Shown: piece by piece, positions 24,985 to 33,472 of the stretch
How the letters are laid out: the number at the start of each line of letters is the position of its first letter
Position numbering within the stretch: position 1 is the first letter of the stretch
Origin: a virus
Strand: one strand, 5' to 3'
Length of the DNA: 64,000 bases
IMG/VR virus record: IMGVR_UViG_3300045988_180769
Span: 1 to 64,000 of that record
Program-made: the position numbers and the translations under genes
Notes under the pieces: model-generated
What the model saw: the letters and a program-made list of their open reading frames with translations, nothing else
Databases searched by the model: none
Told to the model about the DNA's origin: nothing

Positions 24985-26349
24985 TTACTTTCTTTTCTTT
25001 TGGAGCTCTCGAAGTGCCTTCAATCTATCTGTTGCATCTTTTACAACATGACTATTTCTTACACTTTGTTTAATAGGTACTTCATCTCGCTCTTCATCTG
25101 AAGCACCTTCTTCAAAAGGGAGATCATCGACAGATTCTTCGTTTGTCTTGTAATCTTCAAATGGTAACATCATACCTTCTTTCATAAGATCATACCACTT
25201 TCTCATTTCGATCAATGGAAGAGATGGTAACACTTCAGTGCCCTCATATTCTCTTTCAATGTATTCATTGAGTTCACTCTTCATCTTTATAAGAGGAGGA
25301 TATGTTTTTGCTGTATCTTGTGTAGAAGATGATCTTTGTTGAACTTGAGTTTTCTTTGACTCTACGCTTTTAGCTGGTTCTTTTGTTTGTGTAGGAATTT
25401 TTGCAGCTTCTTTTACTTCGTTATCTTCAGGAACAAGTTTTTCAAGTTCTTCCAATTCACTCAAAAACTGATCATCCTGGAAAATATCGTAACCAGCTTG
25501 TTTATCAAGTCTTTCAAGACCTTCTAACTGCATATCCCAATCCTTTCTTGAAAATACGTCTACATATTGATCTTCAAGTGAAGGAAGTTCTTCGAGTGCT
25601 TCGAGAATGCTATCGCTCACAGAAGTTCTTTTGAAAAATTCGTCCCAACTTTCATTTACCTTTGGAAGGTCACAGGAAAGATCGTATTGCATCTTATTCT
25701 TATCATCCTTAGAAGCATTGATTATCAATGGGTACCCATTATCAGGATCAGAAAAAATGTCTATATTTATAACATCATCATTTGATCTTTCTACAGACAT
25801 TGTCTTCATCTTTTTCCACCACTGTGGTCTTATGTCGAATCGATGGATTTCTTCTTCAGCGTAAATGTAAGAAACATAATTCAAGTTTGGACTCGCACCC
25901 CAGACCCATTGTTTTTGTTTATTTCTATAGCCAGTAATTGGTGACAGAAACTTCTTTCTTTCGTCTACATCTTGAATTTCACTCGCTAAATTGTATACAT
26001 AATCAATGTAAATCAATACAGCATCTTTTCCTCCCATTCGATTGCTATGAATGTCAGATGTAAAGACATCTTTTGGTCGAACTTCCTTCTTACCAGTATC
26101 CTTACCATCTTTATCATAGACAGGACATTCAATAGGGAGTTTTACTGTTTTACGAGGCACATATGGCTTTTGTTCTTCAGGGGCAGGTAAAAATCGAATA
26201 ATATATCGACCTTCATTTCCTACTGAGAAAAAACTTGCTCTTCCACCTTGATTGCTGAACATAGGGTTCTTCATTGTGGACTCAGCGCTTTTCATTGATT
26301 CATCAATTTCATCCAAATTCGCTTTTTTGTACTTACTTCTATCAAACAT
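24985..26349 (-). CDS. gp32-like single-stranded DNA-binding protein, putative
   Basis: GRYIIRFLPAPEE and FDIRPQWWKKMKTM resemble T4 gp32 AVIRFLPS and YRFGKKIWDKINAM. It has a long low-complexity linker and an acidic tail. No Zn-finger cysteines. Confidence 0.5.
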   Translation of the reverse strand: MFDRSKYKKANLDEIDESMKSAESTMKNPMFSNQGGRASFFSVGNEGRYIIRFLPAPEEQKPYVPRKTVKLPIECPVYDKDGKDTGKKEVRPKDVFTSDIHSNRMGGKDAVLIYIDYVYNLASEIQDVDERKKFLSPITGYRNKQKQWVWGASPNLNYVSYIYAEEEIHRFDIRPQWWKKMKTMSVERSNDDVINIDIFSDPDNGYPLIINASKDDKNKMQYDLSCDLPKVNESWDEFFKRTSVSDSILEALEELPSLEDQYVDVFSRKDWDMQLEGLERLDKQAGYDIFQDDQFLSELEELEKLVPEDNEVKEAAKIPTQTKEPAKSVESKKTQVQQRSSSTQDTAKTYPPLIKMKSELNEYIEREYEGTEVLPSLPLIEMRKWYDLMKEGMMLPFEDYKTNEESVDDLPFEEGASDEERDEVPIKQSVRNSHVVKDATDRLKALRELQKKRK

Positions 26350-26370
26350 GATAATTAAAATTTAAAAGAT

Positions 26371-27066
26371 TTATAATATTTCACTTTTTAAAAATTCAAA
26401 TAACTCTTCAATATTTTCAGGAAGTTCATCACTTTTCTTCAAATTATCTCTTTTCCATAGAGGTTGAAGATTCCTGTAATTGAAGCAAATGTACTGATTC
26501 TCAGGATCTTTCAAATCAAAATAAGAACAAGGAATGATATGATCAATCTGCCATTCACCATAATTGTCCCAAGTCATTCCTTGTTCAAATTGAGATTCAA
26601 GATATTGTTTTAAATGTTCTAATGAACAACCAAGAAGATTGAGTGTTCGAACTGATTTTTGATTATTCTTGAGAGCGAGATTGGTTCTACTTCGCAAAAG
26701 TCTTTTTAATCTAAACTCAATATCATATTTATATCGCATTCTGTAATATTCAGCACATTTACCTGAATTAATATATTTTACAGATCGTCTTTTTATACAC
26801 TCTTTACCTTTTTCTTTTTGATAATATTTTTTATCTACTATTTTCCTTTTCTCAGATCGAATATATTTCTTATATGATTCTTGACCACTTTCAGTTTTAT
26901 AATATTTTCTGTTATAAATTCTTTTCTCTTCTTTTGTGCGAATTGTTTTAGAACAAGATTTACAGTAACCATATAATCCATCTTTAGTTTGATTGCTTTT
27001 ATAAAAAGAGTCTCTTGACAAGAATCTTTTACAATAAGGACAATATTTAACTTCTCTGTTCATCAA
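26371..27066 (-). CDS. free-standing HNH endonuclease with an N-terminal zinc finger (paralogue of 7565..8206)
   Basis: CPYCKRF...GYCKSCS, then WQIDHIIPCSYF...NYRNLQPLWKRDNLKK. It shares exact 20-nt and 24-nt DNA strings with the other copy. Confidence 0.85.
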   Translation of the reverse strand: MMNREVKYCPYCKRFLSRDSFYKSNQTKDGLYGYCKSCSKTIRTKEEKRIYNRKYYKTESGQESYKKYIRSEKRKIVDKKYYQKEKGKECIKRRSVKYINSGKCAEYYRMRYKYDIEFRLKRLLRSRTNLALKNNQKSVRTLNLLGCSLEHLKQYLESQFEQGMTWDNYGEWQIDHIIPCSYFDLKDPENQYICFNYRNLQPLWKRDNLKKSDELPENIEELFEFLKSEIL

Positions 27067-27344
27067 TGTTTATTTAATAACTTATTAACTATTTCTGTAC
27101 TAATCTTTTTATACTCTTTAATGTAATCTTCAAATGTTTTTAAATCTTTCTCACTTTCAAATATCTCATAATCTGCGATCTTCTTCATTAAATGCTCCAA
27201 TGTTAATCCATAAGCAACTGGAGTTTCTACTCTCACATTTTCTTTACCACCTCTATTTCCATAAGAAACTTTCATAAGGTCCCAACAAAATGGAGCGTGT
27301 AAACATTGTTCTATAAAGAACTTTTCTGTCAATTCAATTCTCAT
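27063..27344 (-). CDS. hypothetical protein
   Basis: 93-aa ORF, coupled by 4-nt and 1-nt overlaps. Confidence 0.6.
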   Translation of the reverse strand: MRIELTEKFFIEQCLHAPFCWDLMKVSYGNRGGKENVRVETPVAYGLTLEHLMKKIADYEIFESEKDLKTFEDYIKEYKKISTEIVNKLLNKH

Positions 27345-27874
27345 TATAATTTTGGTTTTTTAATCATAAATGAATTTATCTTACCTTCAATCAATTCTTG
27401 AAAAAACTCTTTTGGAACAATCTTTGGAAGAAGGTTGTTCAACTTCTTATCTTTTGATTGTATTGCCCAAAATAATGAATCAAGTTTGTCTCTTTTTGCT
27501 TCGAAATCAATTTGCTCGATTTGTAATTCTTGATACTTTTCATCCAACAATACTATCTCTTCAAGTCCTTTTTCAGTCAATTTGAATGTCTCATTATCAA
27601 TAGTAACTCTACCATTGTTTATTGCAGCTTCTCTTCTTATTGACTTTTTCAATCCTGAAACATAAACATCACAATAAAGTTTTGCTTCTTTTGCTTTCCT
27701 CTCATAATCTGCTTTCCACATTCCTACTTTATTCAATAATGCAGAAATTGTCACTGCCTCACCATAGAGGTTTGCATAATTTATCGTTGTCACTTCTTCA
27801 AGATTGATCTCTTCATCTTCATCAGATGAAACAAGAACTATTGTTTTATCTCCTTCTTCAATGATTATCTTCAT
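27344..27874 (-). CDS. hypothetical protein
   Basis: 176-aa ORF, coiled-coil-like. Confidence 0.65.
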   Translation of the reverse strand: MKIIIEEGDKTIVLVSSDEDEEINLEEVTTINYANLYGEAVTISALLNKVGMWKADYERKAKEAKLYCDVYVSGLKKSIRREAAINNGRVTIDNETFKLTEKGLEEIVLLDEKYQELQIEQIDFEAKRDKLDSLFWAIQSKDKKLNNLLPKIVPKEFFQELIEGKINSFMIKKPKL

Positions 27875-27894
27875 AGAATTTCTATTTTTACAGA

Positions 27895-27927
27895 TGTAAA
27901 ATTACTGTTTATTTTTGTTTTATCCAA
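27895..27927 (-). promoter_or_regulatory. promoter candidate, variant box (TTG-N20-TAATTTTAC)
   Basis: On the minus strand, TTG at 27927-27925 and TAATTTTA at 27904-27897, 22 nt upstream of the ATG at 27874. Confidence 0.35.
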
Positions 27928-27971
27928 CTTTCAATTGTTTGAATATGAACTTATCATTCTCATTTGTGAAC

Positions 27972-30035
27972 TCACGATAAAACTGTAAAACGCGAATCTA
28001 AATTTGTTTGTAGAACATATTCTTGTCTCCATTTGTCATATTGAATGTAACCATCAATAAGAAGAATGTTTCCTTTGCTTTCTTGAATGAAATTGGAATA
28101 TTCAGCATAGATGTCAGAGAAGATGATTATATTAATGAATTCATAGTTACTTTCAAGAATAACTGTAGCGAAAGGTCCTTTTCTTGATTTTCTTTCTATC
28201 ACATCGATAACAAAGCCACCTATCGCACATTCAACTGATCTTCCTGTTCCATCCCAATACTTAATTTGACCTATATCAAAGAACTCAATATCGTCTGTCT
28301 TAATAAGATGATACTCATTGACGAGTGATTCGTAATCAAATGTAGCGAATCCAGAAAGTTTCTTTTGTTGTAAAATCCACCACCAATTGTTTTTCTCTTT
28401 TCGTGCTTTTATAATACTTGTTAACAAGTCTTTGTCTTCAAGTATCTTCACTTTCTTATTCTCTCGATATGATTCTATCAATCGAAGTCTTTCTTTTGGC
28501 TCTACAATACCTTCGAGTTTATCGAATGCACCACTATAAATCAAATTCTCGATCACTGACTTATTCACTGGAGAATTCTTTATTACACATCTATCGATAA
28601 ATTCTTCTAATGAAAAGAATTCACCATTCTCTTGTCTTTCATTGTGAATAAATTCTTGTGCTTTCTCTCCACATTGCTTTACTGAATTTAATGCCCAATA
28701 CATACTATTGGTCTTTATATCAGAAACAATGTTAATATCACTCATATTGATATCTACTGATTTAATCTCAATATTTCCTGATCTTTGAATTTCATTAATG
28801 TAATAGGGGTAATCTTTGATCTCAGCGTGTGAGAATGTTACAGACCAAAACTCTATTGGATAATGAACTTTCAACCAAATACAAATGTATCCATTTCTCG
28901 AATATGAAATAGCATGACTAAAGTTGAATGCATATTTACCAAACTCTTCCATTTGTTTCCATAATCCTTCTGCATCTTCTTTACTCACATCAAACTTATT
29001 CATGTACCCATCTACAAACTTGTCTTCAAATGCTTTTAGTTTTGACATGATCTTTTTACCCATTGCTTTTCTCACTGAGTCAGTAGTTTCAAGGTCAAAA
29101 CCAGCTAAATGTTGACAAAGTCTCATGATATCTTCTTGTGTAATCAAAAGTCCAAGATGTGGCTTTAAGATCTCTTCAGCTCCAACTGGATATACGATAT
29201 CACTATCACCTCTTTTTCGAAGAATGTATTCATTATGATAATTGTTTTCAATAGGACCTGGACGATACAATGCAGCACAAAGTCCCATTTCATCCAAACT
29301 CTCTGGTTGCATTTGTACACAATAAGAAGAAAGTCCTTTCGCTCCAAAGTGAAATACATCTCCAAGAAATCCTTGTTTAATATATTCAAACACAGTTGGA
29401 TCGTCAATAGGAATATCTTTATAGAGATCAAGTCTTATTCCATGATTTTTCTCGATAAGATCGACCATATCTGTCCATTTATCAAGTTGTGCAATTCCAA
29501 GAATATCTTCTTTAAGAAAACCAGCTTCTTCAATCTCGTTACCTTCCCATTCTGTGACAATCAATCCTTTTTGTTCTTTAACTGGTACCCATTGTGCAGA
29601 AATCTTATCATCTGGAAAGATAATCGTTCCACATGCATGTATACTCGCTGCTTTAGGAGAATTAAGACATACCATCACATCATTAATGAGTTCTGTATGG
29701 TCTTTCACAAACTCTCTTAATTCTGTGTCTTTGCATATAACTTTGAAAAAGTCTTCAATGCTTTTCATTCCTTCTTCATCTCGAAGTTTAGATGTTATTC
29801 TTCGAACTACTTGAATTGGAATACTTTCACACCTCGCGAGGTCAGTGATTGCAGCTTTTAACTGCATTGTTGTATATGTTCCTAAAGAAGTTACTTGTGT
29901 TGCTCCAAACCTCTTTTCCATATATTCTTTCACCCTTGGTCTTTGTCGACCACCAAAATCTGTATCAATGTCAGGTAAAGATCCAAGTTTGGTAGACTCA
30001 ACTACTTCTTTTTTAATCGTTTTAATTGTTATCAT
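27972..30035 (-). CDS. dnaE: DNA polymerase III alpha subunit, C-terminal piece (palm, fingers, OB)
   Basis: LPDIDTDFGG (catalytic Asp motif), FHFGAKGLS, LYRPGP and FNFSHAISYS. The track start at 30068 is GTG. The ATG at 30035 (MITIKTIKK...) overlaps the upstream stop by 14 nt and is likelier. Confidence 0.85.
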   Translation of the reverse strand: MITIKTIKKEVVESTKLGSLPDIDTDFGGRQRPRVKEYMEKRFGATQVTSLGTYTTMQLKAAITDLARCESIPIQVVRRITSKLRDEEGMKSIEDFFKVICKDTELREFVKDHTELINDVMVCLNSPKAASIHACGTIIFPDDKISAQWVPVKEQKGLIVTEWEGNEIEEAGFLKEDILGIAQLDKWTDMVDLIEKNHGIRLDLYKDIPIDDPTVFEYIKQGFLGDVFHFGAKGLSSYCVQMQPESLDEMGLCAALYRPGPIENNYHNEYILRKRGDSDIVYPVGAEEILKPHLGLLITQEDIMRLCQHLAGFDLETTDSVRKAMGKKIMSKLKAFEDKFVDGYMNKFDVSKEDAEGLWKQMEEFGKYAFNFSHAISYSRNGYICIWLKVHYPIEFWSVTFSHAEIKDYPYYINEIQRSGNIEIKSVDINMSDINIVSDIKTNSMYWALNSVKQCGEKAQEFIHNERQENGEFFSLEEFIDRCVIKNSPVNKSVIENLIYSGAFDKLEGIVEPKERLRLIESYRENKKVKILEDKDLLTSIIKARKEKNNWWWILQQKKLSGFATFDYESLVNEYHLIKTDDIEFFDIGQIKYWDGTGRSVECAIGGFVIDVIERKSRKGPFATVILESNYEFINIIIFSDIYAEYSNFIQESKGNILLIDGYIQYDKWRQEYVLQTNLDSRFTVLS

Positions 30036-31638
30036 AATCAACCAATATATCGTTTTCTTGTAAGTCACTCGCCTTTATCACCAATTTTTCATCTCCTCTA
30101 AAGATCCTAACAAAATCTTTGCTTTTAATTCTTATGGGTGATGAACTTTCTTCATTGATTATAACTTCCTCAACCTTCTCATGTCTTATCAATCGACCCA
30201 TTGTTAAAAACCTTTCAAACAGTAAGTCATAATCGAGAGGATTGACCTGAACAAGACCTAATAGGTAAGAGACTAAACTACCTGCTGCAGAACCTCTTCC
30301 TGAACCAAGTAAAATATTCTCTTTCTTACACCAATTCACGATATCTCTCAAAGTAAGAAAATAGTCAACTACCTTTCCATCTTCAATTACTTTAAGCTCA
30401 CGATCAAGTCTTTCCCCAATAATTTCATCTGAATACTTCTCAAGTAATTCTGGGTGTTCTTCGACACCTTTGAATACAAGATCTTCGAACATTTGAATAT
30501 TATCTTCATATTCGAGCGCTTCTTCGTCTGTCATATAATAAACAGGCATATGTCGATTTTGAGTTTCGATCAAGAAATTACATTCAAAGGAAATATCTTT
30601 CAAATTGCTTATTGCATTGTCATATGTTTCAATGAACTTATCGTCATCGCCAAATAATGAACCTAATTCCTCAAAATATTCTTGATAATTTTTGAAATAT
30701 TGATTTTGACTTTCGTGAGTAACAATCTTTCCTAATGAATTAACTTTCTTTTTGATAGGAGCAAGCTCTTTTTCTGTGTAATAAGCATCACACATTGCCA
30801 CTGGTTTTAAATTGCTTTTAAAGAACTTCTTTAGATTATCGAGATATGCTTTATCTCTTTCTTCTTTTTCAAATACAACTGTATCTAACTGATAATATTC
30901 CACTATTTCATTGAAACTCCTTGGAATATTTGAATAACTTATTGTTTTTGGGTCCCATATGAAAATTAACCCATCGTAATAGTCTTCTATATCCTCTTCT
31001 GAAACATATGAAGAACCTTCTACATTCATTATTTCACTGAGTCTCAATAAATTAGACCATCCTTCTTTGTTCTTTACAAATGCTTTAATGGTGTATCTAA
31101 GATCCTTTTTCTCATTTAGAACATTAATCTCAAGACCTTGAATTGGTCTAAGACCCACTTTTTGACATGCATCCTGAAATTTCATTGATGCAGCTAATGT
31201 TCCTCTTTCGCATATACCAAGACTTGTAATTCCTAAGAACTTTGCTTTCTTACACCATTCGTCATAAAGCTCTAATCCATTCATTAATTCAAAAGAGCCA
31301 TGAACACCAAGATATGTATCAATATACAATTCATCTGAAAATAGGTTTGCTTTTCCAATCCATTTAACTTTTTCAAGTTTAACATTGTTTTCATTACCTT
31401 TCTTCAATGAATACCATATACTACCAAACTTGAAAATATAATTATCATAATTGGTTCGATCACAAGCCCAATGAAATTCTTCATCAAAGAAAATCCCTTT
31501 ATCTTGATCCTCCCATTTGAATGGCTCAAAAAGCTCATATGTTTGTCCATCTATATTGATAACAAATTCACTAACTTCTTCATATAGAATGAAATTGTCA
31601 GCGAGATATTGTAATAACTCACCATATAATTCTCTCAT
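30022..31638 (-). CDS. dnaE: DNA polymerase III alpha subunit, N-terminal piece (PHP domain to LFERFL)
   Basis: PHP-like GVHGSFELMNG...GITSLGICERG and GSGRGSAAGSLVSYLLGLVQVNPLDYDLLFERFL, then a 56-aa non-polymerase tail before the stop. Confidence 0.85.
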   Translation of the reverse strand: MRELYGELLQYLADNFILYEEVSEFVINIDGQTYELFEPFKWEDQDKGIFFDEEFHWACDRTNYDNYIFKFGSIWYSLKKGNENNVKLEKVKWIGKANLFSDELYIDTYLGVHGSFELMNGLELYDEWCKKAKFLGITSLGICERGTLAASMKFQDACQKVGLRPIQGLEINVLNEKKDLRYTIKAFVKNKEGWSNLLRLSEIMNVEGSSYVSEEDIEDYYDGLIFIWDPKTISYSNIPRSFNEIVEYYQLDTVVFEKEERDKAYLDNLKKFFKSNLKPVAMCDAYYTEKELAPIKKKVNSLGKIVTHESQNQYFKNYQEYFEELGSLFGDDDKFIETYDNAISNLKDISFECNFLIETQNRHMPVYYMTDEEALEYEDNIQMFEDLVFKGVEEHPELLEKYSDEIIGERLDRELKVIEDGKVVDYFLTLRDIVNWCKKENILLGSGRGSAAGSLVSYLLGLVQVNPLDYDLLFERFLTMGRLIRHEKVEEVIINEESSSPIRIKSKDFVRIFRGDEKLVIKASDLQENDILVDYDNN

Positions 31639-31657
31639 ACACTCTTTTTTTAAATAA

Positions 31658-31691
31658 GAAAGGCTGGAATATACTTCATACCCAGCCTTTC
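31658..31691 (-). terminator. terminator-like hairpin after ORF 31721..32239
   Basis: GAAAGGCTGG (31658-31667) pairs with CCAGCCTTTC (31682-31691), followed on the minus strand by TTATTT. Confidence 0.55.
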
Positions 31692-31720
31692 TTCCTCATT
31701 TGAAATTGGAATTTATTTAT

Positions 31721-32239
31721 TTAAGCGACAATGTCGAAGTGTTTATCGCAAACATGTTTTACTACAGTGTAGTAAGTTCCAAGTGATTTTGCAATTTGAT
31801 AGAAAGAGCGACCATCATTCTTCAAAAGTTCATCATAGATGTTTGAAGAAATAGTTGACATCTTTTCAGGCTTTTCACCTTTTGCTTTAACATTCAACAG
31901 AACTTTTGGAGCTTTTTCCTTCTTCTCCTTAGGTGCTTTCTTTGCTTTTGGAGCTTTTTCAGCCTTTTCCTTTTTTGCAGCTTTACGCTTCTTTTCATCT
32001 TCAGGACGAGGTTCTTCAGCACCTTTCTTCACAGTCTTGGCATGTTCATTCACCAATTCCTCTTCCTTTGCCACATCTTCGTCAGATGCGATCATTTCAG
32101 GATCAATGTAAGTTTCAATACCTGCCTCTTTCTGTTCGATCAACTTTGCAAGTTCTTCTTTTGAATACTTTGCATAATTCTGAATACCAAGTTCGTTTGC
32201 CTTTTTACGAAGTTCCAATAATGATAATTTCTTTTCCAT
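31721..32239 (-). CDS. Lys/Ala/Glu-rich histone H1-like DNA-binding protein with an N-terminal HeH (Rho_N/SAP-like) motif
   Basis: LSLLELRKKANELGIQNYAKYSKEELAKLI, then KKRKAAKKEKAEKAPKAKKAPKEKKEKAPK. Confidence 0.6.
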   Translation of the reverse strand: MEKKLSLLELRKKANELGIQNYAKYSKEELAKLIEQKEAGIETYIDPEMIASDEDVAKEEELVNEHAKTVKKGAEEPRPEDEKKRKAAKKEKAEKAPKAKKAPKEKKEKAPKVLLNVKAKGEKPEKMSTISSNIYDELLKNDGRSFYQIAKSLGTYYTVVKHVCDKHFDIVA

Positions 32240-32279
32240 AACTAAATTAATTTTAAATGTTTTGTTTTTCTTTTGACTA

Positions 32280-32312
32280 TGTAAAGATCGACCTTTATTT
32301 TCAATGTTGCAA
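32280..32312 (-). promoter_or_regulatory. promoter candidate, variant box (TTG-N20-GATCTTTAC)
   Basis: On the minus strand, TTG at 32312-32310 and GATCTTTA at 32289-32282, 42 nt upstream of the ATG at 32239. The leader resembles those of the other sites (CAAAAGAAAAAC). Confidence 0.4.
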
Positions 32313-32324
32313 CATGTTGTCTAT

Positions 32325-32906
32325 TTATTTCGAAGAAAAGATGACCTCTTTTATTTTCTCAATTCTTTCTTCCACTGTACCAGTAATAACTATATGTGGA
32401 ATTTTATAGTTGTTCAAAAATTGGACAATCTTTCTATCTATATCTTGTTGAAAGACTTCATCAGAAGATCTTACTCCATCATCCACAACTGGAAATTCAA
32501 TAGGAAGATAAACCACAAGTTCCAACTCCTTTGCTCTCTGAAGAACTCTTTTTCTTTCTTCAAATTCTTCGAGAGAAAGATTTTGATATTCCTCCAAATC
32601 TTCAGAACAATTATCAAATAAAACTGAAGTATAAGCAGCAACATCTACAATACATCTGTCACTTATAGAAGGCTGTTCAAATGTCTTATCTAACAATTTG
32701 TCATACTCTTCAAAGATCTTATGTTGAGATTTTGCATTACCATTTTCATTAATGGTAACTTCTCCTTTCTTCAACATATCTCGAACCAATTCTGGATAAA
32801 AAGCCCATCCTTTGAAGGATGGGTCTTTCTTTAATGCTTCGAGTAATGTTGTCTTACCAGTTCCTTGTGTTCCACAAAGATTGATTCTTTTGTTCAACGT
32901 TTTCAT
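32325..32906 (-). CDS. P-loop ATPase/kinase, AAA_28 (NadR-like) type
   Basis: NLCGTQGTGKTTLLEAL Walker A, a DRC.VD segment, and VVDDGVRSSD. Confidence 0.6.
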   Translation of the reverse strand: MKTLNKRINLCGTQGTGKTTLLEALKKDPSFKGWAFYPELVRDMLKKGEVTINENGNAKSQHKIFEEYDKLLDKTFEQPSISDRCIVDVAAYTSVLFDNCSEDLEEYQNLSLEEFEERKRVLQRAKELELVVYLPIEFPVVDDGVRSSDEVFQQDIDRKIVQFLNNYKIPHIVITGTVEERIEKIKEVIFSSK

Positions 32907-33472
32907 CGATTATCACCTGCTCCATGAATTACTCCTCTCTTTTTTCGAGAGGCCAATTTCTCATTGTTTTGAACAGCAACTTCTTCAATAGTCATACCCA
33001 TACTATGACAAAGACCATTCAAATACTTCCAAATGTTTTTCCAAGACTCGAGTACAATTGGTTTTCTATGTTCAGGAAAGATTGATTCTTCTCCTTCTTT
33101 CCATTCATCTCTCAACCACTTCTTTACTTGTTCAGCAATCTTTCCTACTTCGACAGGAAGTTGAAATGGATCTGGTTTCAACATTTCACTCCAATTCCAA
33201 TCTTTTTCAAGTGGAAGATCAAGTTCAACTCGAATACTTGCTAAATACCATAATTGATCGCCAATTTCTTTTGACACTTCTTCGATCTGTTTCTTTTGAG
33301 ATTGATCGTCTATCTCAATGTTGATCTTTTCATATGTTTCACCAAGTTCTCCGCTTAAACCTAATACAACATAAGGAATGGCGACTTTTTGATCATAGGC
33401 CTTTGTTGTGATGGCCTTTTCTTCATACTCTCTGTAATTCATTTCTTTATTATTTAGAACAATTGTTTGCAA
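32903..33472 (-). CDS. MazG-like nucleoside triphosphate pyrophosphohydrolase
   Basis: LGLSGELGETYEKI and EIGDQLWYLA form the EExxE/D metal-binding helix pair of all-alpha NTP-PPases. Confidence 0.7.
   Translation of the reverse strand: MQTIVLNNKEMNYREYEEKAITTKAYDQKVAIPYVVLGLSGELGETYEKINIEIDDQSQKKQIEEVSKEIGDQLWYLASIRVELDLPLEKDWNWSEMLKPDPFQLPVEVGKIAEQVKKWLRDEWKEGEESIFPEHRKPIVLESWKNIWKYLNGLCHSMGMTIEEVAVQNNEKLASRKKRGVIHGAGDNR

Noticed and set aside
29165-29431. 88-aa minus-strand ORF nested out of frame inside the polymerase III alpha C-piece
   Set aside because: It is completely contained within a well-supported gene. Its sequence is hydrophobic and low-complexity, and it has no independent start signals.
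29982-30192. Canonical trans-splicing split intein at the polymerase split site
   Set aside because: The N-appendage does not begin with Cys, Ser or Ala in a block A context and has no TxxH block B. The C-appendage is only about 18 aa and lacks the terminal His-Asn. It is retained only as a possibly degenerate or docking remnant (see findings).
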